Shown here: piece after piece, positions 57,513 to 64,000 of the stretch
How positions within the stretch are numbered: the first letter of the stretch is position 1
How the letters are laid out: each line of letters opens with the position of its first letter
NCBI RefSeq assembly: GCF_009914755.1
Contig: NC_060937.1
Direction: 5' to 3' (one strand)
Length of the DNA: 64,000 nt
Source: the human T2T-CHM13v2.0 reference genome, Homo sapiens
Program-made: the position numbers and the translations under genes
The notes under the pieces: generated by a model
Told to the model about the DNA's origin: nothing
Database searches by the model: none
The model's input: only the letters and a program-made list of their open reading frames with translations

Positions 57513-58584
57513 GCTTTCAGCAGCATCAGTTAAGCAGCAGTGATAATTGTCTGTCTGTTTCTTGGAGATCATTCACAAGCCTGAATAGATGGGTCACCAT
57601 TTATCAATGCTTTCGAGATATCAGCATGCATATCTTTCCCATGCATCTCTTTAGCAGGGTAGGAAAATTATGACTTTGAACGGGTAACTCTGTTTCTTGG
57701 TAAGGATAAGATGTTACATTCCACTGAATGGAAGAAAAATCAAATTCTGTGCTTCCAAAATTCCAATATTTTAAAGTATTAGAACATCTCATGGTTTATA
57801 GAAAAACATGGAACATGACAAGACATCTTGGCCAGACTAAAAATTGGAACTCTGCAGCCAGGAAACATACAAAGTCACCTGTTATTTTTCTTATGACAAG
57901 CTTTAAAACAAAGTGCTTTGGCAAACTTGAATGTTTAACACATAGTGCTTACTGTACCAATACAGTTTTAAGCATTTTACCAATATTAACTCATTTAATT
58001 ATCCTAATTACCTAATGAGATTATCACTGTTATGCTCATTTTATAATTATGAAAGCTGAGACACAGGTAGTAAAGAGTGGTATGGAGTTTGAACTGATGC
58101 AGTCTGGCTTCAGAACCCTTGCTTAATATAGTTACTTGTGAATATTTAACCCTCTGAATCTAAAATAAAATTTGAAACTATAAAAATAAATACTTAAAGT
58201 CACATTACATTGAAAAATACTTCAATCTCATGAAGCTTCAAGATTATTTGAGACCTTTTTTGTTCTAGATCCCTTATTATATATGTATGTATTCAACTTT
58301 TAGGTTCAGGGGATATATGTGCAGATTTGTTACTTAGCCCAGAAATTTGAGGCAGACTTGAATGCAGATTTCAGCTTTGCTACTTACTTGGGCAAGTTGT
58401 TAACTTCTCTGAGTCTCAGAATCTTTATCTCTAAAAAGAGAATAACTGCTTGCCCACTTTCACCACTGTTATTCAACATTGTACTAGAATTCCCAGCTAA
58501 AGCAACTAGACAAGGAAAAGAAATAAAGGGCAGTCAAATTGTTAAGGGAGTAGTCAAATTATCCTTGTTATTAGATGATAGGAT

Positions 58585-58702
58585 TTTTTTTTTTTTTGAA
58601 AACAAAATGCTTCATGATTTTGCATGTCATCCGTGTGCAGGAACCATGCTAATTTTCTCTGTATCATTCCAATTTGAATATATGTGCTGCTGAAATGAGC
58701 AC
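58585..58702 (-). pseudogene. U6 snRNA processed pseudogene with poly(A) tail and TSD
   Basis: Reverse complement GTGCTCATTTCAGCAGCACATATATTCAAATTGGAATGATACAGAGAAAATTAGCATGG... matches U6, including the ACAGAGA box. A-tail appears as a T-run at 58584-58597. TSD atgataggat at 58575-58584 and 58704-58713. Confidence 0.93.
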
Positions 58703-58923
58703 AATGATAGGATCTTCTATTTGGAAAACCTAAAGACTCCACCAAAAAACTATTAGAATTGATGGGCAAATTCAGTAAAGTTGCAGGATACAAAATCAGT
58801 GTACCAAAATCAGTTGCACTTCTATATGCCAACAATGAACAATCCGAAAAATAAATTAAGAAAGTATTCCCATTTACAATAGCTACAAATAAAATTAAAT
58901 ACCTAGGAATTAAACAAAGAAGT

Positions 58924-59220
58924 GGCCGGGTGCAGTGGCTCATGCCTGTAATCCCAGCACTTTGGGAGGCCAAGGCGGGTGGATCACGAGGTCAGGAGTT
59001 TGAGACCAGCCTGGCCAACATGGTGAAACCCCGTTTCTACTAAAAATACAAAAATTAGCCAGGCGTGGTGGTGTGCACCTGTAATCCTAGCTACTTGGGA
59101 GGCTGAGGCAGGAGAGTCACTTGAACCCATGAGGTGGAGGTTGCAGTGAGCCGAGCTAATGCCATTTCACTCCAGCGTCAGTGACAGAGCAAGACTCCAT
59201 CTTGAAAAAAAAAAAAAAAA
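58924..59220 (+). mobile_element. AluSg-like
   Basis: ggatcacgaggtcaggagtttgagaccagcctggcc; A tail. Confidence 0.9.
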
Positions 59221-60943
59221 GTAAAAGATCTCTACAATGAAAACTATAAAACACTGATGCAAGAAATTGAGGAGAACATACAAAAGATGGAAAGATATAT
59301 TCCATGTTCATGGATTGGAAGAATCAATGTTGTTAAAATGTCCATACTTACCCAGAGCAGTCTACAGATTCAATGCAATCCCTCTTAGTATACCAATGAC
59401 ATTCTTCACAAGAGTAGAAAAAAAAATCCTAAAATGTATATGGAACCACAATAGACCCAGAATAGCCAAAGCTATCCTACGCAAAAAGAGCAAAACTGAG
59501 GAATCACATTGCCTGACTTCAAAATATACTACAGTGCTATAGTAACCAAAACAGCATGGTACCAGCATAAAAACAGACACACAGACCAATGGAAAAAAAA
59601 AATAGAGAAATCAGAAACAAATCCATACATCTCCAGCAAACTTATTTTTGAGAAAGCTGCCAACAACATACATTGGGGAAAGGACAGTCTCTTCTATAGA
59701 TTATACTGGGAAACTGCATGTCCATATGCAGAAGAATAAAATTAGACCCCTATCTCTTGCCATATACAAGGGTAAAATCAAAATGGGTTAAAGACTTAAA
59801 TCTAAGACCTCAAACTATAAAACTACTAAAACATTGGAGAAACGCTCTAGGACATTGTTCTGAGCAAAGATTTCTTGAGTGATACCGCACAAGCACAGGC
59901 AGCCAAAGCAAAAATGGACAAATGGGATATCATCAAGTAGAAAACCTCCTGCATAGCAAAGGAAACAGTCAACAAAGTGAAGAGACAACCCACAAAATGG
60001 GAGAAAAGATTTGCGAACAATCCATCTGACAAGGAATTAATAACCAGAATATATAAAGAGTTCAAACAACTCAGTAGGAAAAAAATCTAATAATCCAATT
60101 TTTAAATGGGCAAAAGATCTGAATAGACATTTCTCAGAAGAAGGCATACGTATGGTAAACAGGGTTATGAAAAGGTGCTCAATATCACTGATCATCAGAG
60201 AAATGCAAATCAAAACTACAATGAGACATCGTCTCACCCCAGTTAAAAGGGCATTTATCCAAAAGACAAGCAATAACAAATGCTGATGAGGATGTGGAGT
60301 AAAGAGAACCCTCCTACACTGTTGGTGGGAATGTAACTTAGTACAACCACTATGGAGAACAGTTTGGAGGTTCCTCAAAAAACTAAAAGTAGATTTATGC
60401 TGGATCATATGGTAGCTTTATGCTTGATCAATGATTGCTGGATCATATGGTAGCTCTATTTTTAGTTTTTGTGTATATCCCAAAAGAAAGGAAATCAGTA
60501 TATCAAAGAAATATCTGCACTTCCATACTTATTGCAGCACTGTTTACAGTAGCCAAGACTTGGGAGCAACCCAAGTGTCCATCAACAGATACCGGATAAA
60601 GAAAATGTGGTACATATACATAATGGAGTATTCTTCGGCCATAAAAAAGAATGAAATTCTGTCATTTGCAACAACATGAATGGAACTGGAGGTCATTATA
60701 TTAAGTAAAATAAGCCAGGCACAATAAGACAAACTTTGCATGTTCTCACTTGTTTGTGGGAGCTAAAAATTAAAACAGCTGAACTCATAGAGATAGAAAG
60801 TAGAATGATGGTAACCAGAGACTGGGAAGGGTAGTTGGGAGAATGGGGCATGGGTAATGGGTACAAAAATAATAGGGAGGTTGAATAAGATTTATTTGGA
60901 AGCACAACATGGTGACTATAGTCAGTAAGAATTTAATTGTACA

Positions 60944-61288
<345 letters not shown>

Positions 61289-61299
61289 TAAAATAACTA

Positions 61300-61448
61300 G
61301 ACCAGGTGTGGTGGATCACATCTGTAATCCCAGCACTTTGGGAGGCCGGGGCGGGAGGATCACTTGAGGTCAGCCTGGCCAACATTGCAAAACCCCGTCT
61401 CTATTAAATATACAGATATATACGTACATACATACATACATACATGCA
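61300..61448 (+). mobile_element. Alu left monomer with (TACA)n tail
   Basis: Monomer with an internal deletion; TSD taaaataacta. Confidence 0.8.
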
Positions 61449-63169
61449 TAAAATAACTAAAAGAGTATAATTGGATTGTTTGTAACACAAAAGATAAATC
61501 CTTGAAGTAATGGATACCTCATTTACCCTGATGGAATTATTACACATTGTATGCCTGTATCAAAATATCCCATATACGTACTACGTACCTATAAAAATTA
61601 AAGATTTTTTAAAAAGAATAATCCTAAATTTTGTATTAGCAGTTTGGAGATGATTAAATGAAAAAACTGTTTATACCTGTATATGACAGTAAATAAAAGC
61701 ACTCAAATGTTAGACTCCTTTCCTTCGTATTGGTCTCTACACACCCTGATAGGCATCATGCCAATTCAAGTTTCCTCTTAGTATAATAAATGCCTTTAAA
61801 GTTCATCACTGGCTTTTTATTAATATCGCAAGCCTCTCACAACCCACTTAGTCATGGTTACAATGGAAAGTGAGATAAAAGGAATAAGTGACAGAGCAAT
61901 AATAAAAGCACCAAATTTCAGCCAACCTAGAGAGGAAAAGCAACACTTTCTGCAAGGGGAGGACATAAGAAAAGTGTAGGGAGAAAAGCAAGGCCCAGGA
62001 AAATGTTTGAGAGAAGACATTTCTTCAAAATAATAATGTAAGATGTTAAAAATTAGAGTTTGTTTAATTAAATTAATACTGAGTTGCTTTGATTATATTA
62101 GGCTCTTTATTATTTCATTTTTATCCTGAAGTGTTGGAGATGGTTAAATAAATACCAAGGTATGTAGACATTTTCTGGAACTTTTAAACTTTCTCATTTT
62201 ATAAACAGCTGTAGAAAATAAAAATATAATTATAACATAATATGTGTTTACTGAGTGCCTAACATAAGATTATATTTACTATCTATTTGTTTGAACATCC
62301 CAAGATAGAATTTAACAGAAATACTAACAAGTAATTATTTGGTCCATTAAGTCTAATGAGAGAAATAAGAGGTGGGGAAATAGTGATTTAGTTCTTATTA
62401 TGTGATTTAGTTCTTATTATGTCTTCTATTTATGTCTTCTTTACTTCTGTTTTGTATGCCCTCATGATAAACTTTATTACATTCTTGTAGGTAGGCTAGT
62501 GAGTCACGCATAGATTCCTAAAATTGTGTATAAAATTTGTAATAATTTTAACTTGTTACAGAACTCAGATAGAGCCTGTCATATCACACTACTTTTGCTC
62601 CCTTTTTTGCATTTCTTTTTTGTAAGTATTTTTAGAATGTTGTCATGTCTCCTTCTACCACCTTAGCCATTATCCACACTGTATATTTTTTGGAAGTTTA
62701 ATCTTTTTTGTAGTTTGGACATACCTAACCTATAATCATTTTGGCTTCTCTTTTCTTCACTCTCTGTAATTTGTTTTCATCTTTTACGGACACCTAAACC
62801 TGGAAACAATAATCTTAATTCACTGGTTTTTTCATACTTCAGAAGAGACTGCCCCTCATCAAATTAGTATTTAATATTTTAATGTTTTCTATCCTGGCTT
62901 GAACCTATTTAGCATTCTAATTTTATAACACCTAAAAACCTCATGGTTACTATGACTCCATTCATTCACTCAGTAAGCATTAAGAGCTAGTAATATTCTG
63001 GATATACCATTATCTCATTAAGAGCTTATAATATGCCAGAATATTTACTAGATCCTAGGAATCCAAAGATGGATTAGACAAGATTCCTGCACTGAAGTAA
63101 CTTGTATTTTAATTGTACAGTGTGTTGTTGTGAGCATTTTACTTTTGTTAGCTCACATTATCATCCAGA

Positions 63170-63285
63170 ACTCAACATGCCCAAGTTTTCCCCCAAGAAT
63201 TTTGATTCAGAAAGTCTCAGGCAGAACCGTGGCATCTAGAGTTCTTAGAAGTTCCACAAGTGATTCTGATGGTCCTCCCTGGTTA
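63170..63285. mobile_element. MER5-like hAT MITE remnant
   Basis: ccccaagaattttgattcagaaagtct...aagttccacaagtgattctgatg. Confidence 0.5.
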
Positions 63286-63903
63286 GGCTAGGTAAAGTCA
63301 ACCTCAGGAGTCATCCGCATCCTTAGAAAAGAAAAAAGTGTTGCTAATGATCCATCTTTACTACCAGACCATCTAGGCTTAAAGACCCATGACTCTGGTT
63401 GCTGTATTCAGGAGTTTTTTGGAGTATTCCTTAGCCCATTTCAGAACACTAATTTGGATAAATTAACATTTATAGGGCTTCCCTATTGTTAGGAAGCAGA
63501 TCTAAATAAATGACTTTTACATCCCTTTTTGCCTTTTACAATATGTATGTTAACCATAGTAAATTCATTTCTTTTCTTGAGCTATATATTACTGAAAAAT
63601 AGGACAAAAGCATGATTAGCCTCCATCGTGCTACTATTAATACTTTACACTATTCTTCATAAAAGCATCCCCCTAAAAGTGCTTTTTCTAATGACTTTTT
63701 AAGATTCAGTTTATATGTTCTGAATTTTTTTCTTTAGTGTAGATCAACACTGAGATATACGTTAAAAGCTGCATGAAATAGAGTTTTGAGTGCTATGAAG
63801 CACTAATATAATAAATACTCTTGGTTCGGAGGATAATTCAAGCTGAATTTTAAGGGTTTGTTGTCATGTTGACACAAAAGGGAAAACAGACCCAATCAGA
63901 CCT

Positions 63904-63959
63904 AGTGTTATAAAGTTTTTATAACACTGTTATAAAAATTTTATAACAGTGTTATAAAA
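63904..63959. repeat. Nested perfect inverted repeat
   Basis: ttttataacactgttataaaa-a-ttttataacagtgttataaaa (21-bp arms), plus an overlapping 11-bp inverted repeat at 63904-63928. Confidence 0.95.
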
Positions 63960-64000
63960 TGTTTCACTCTAATTTTATCTCATACATGCTTTTATTTTAT

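Noticed and set aside
58598-58702. Functional U6 snRNA gene
   Set aside because: Many substitutions, an A-tail, a TSD and L1 sequence where the PSE/TATA promoter should be mark it as a retrocopy.

Overview
Human (or near-identical great-ape) genomic DNA from inside the PIBF1 (CEP90) gene on the + strand. Four internal coiled-coil coding exons (4494-4602, 5215-5396, 12726-12851, 31543-31641; exons 7-10 by my recollection of the reference numbering) splice into one open frame. The intron after the second exon uses a non-canonical GC donor. The rest of the window is intron packed with retroelements: about 25 Alu/FLAM copies, a 5.6 kb antisense L1PA7-like element, several other L1s, L2, MIR, a CR1/L3 fossil, solo LTRs (MER57, MER52, THE1, MLT1/MST) and DNA-transposon remnants. 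Almost all ORFs in the supplied track are repeat-derived or spurious. I see no evidence of a new multi-gene biological system. The most unusual signals are small genome-repair or retrotransposition scars: a U6 retrocopy inserted at the RT catalytic motif of an older L1, a 44-nt rearranged L1 junction re-copied into a nearby Alu, a 21-nt poly(A)-tailed micro-insert with a target-site duplication (TSD), and a nested perfect palindrome near the window end. Repeat subfamily names come from my recognition of consensus motifs, not from a database search.
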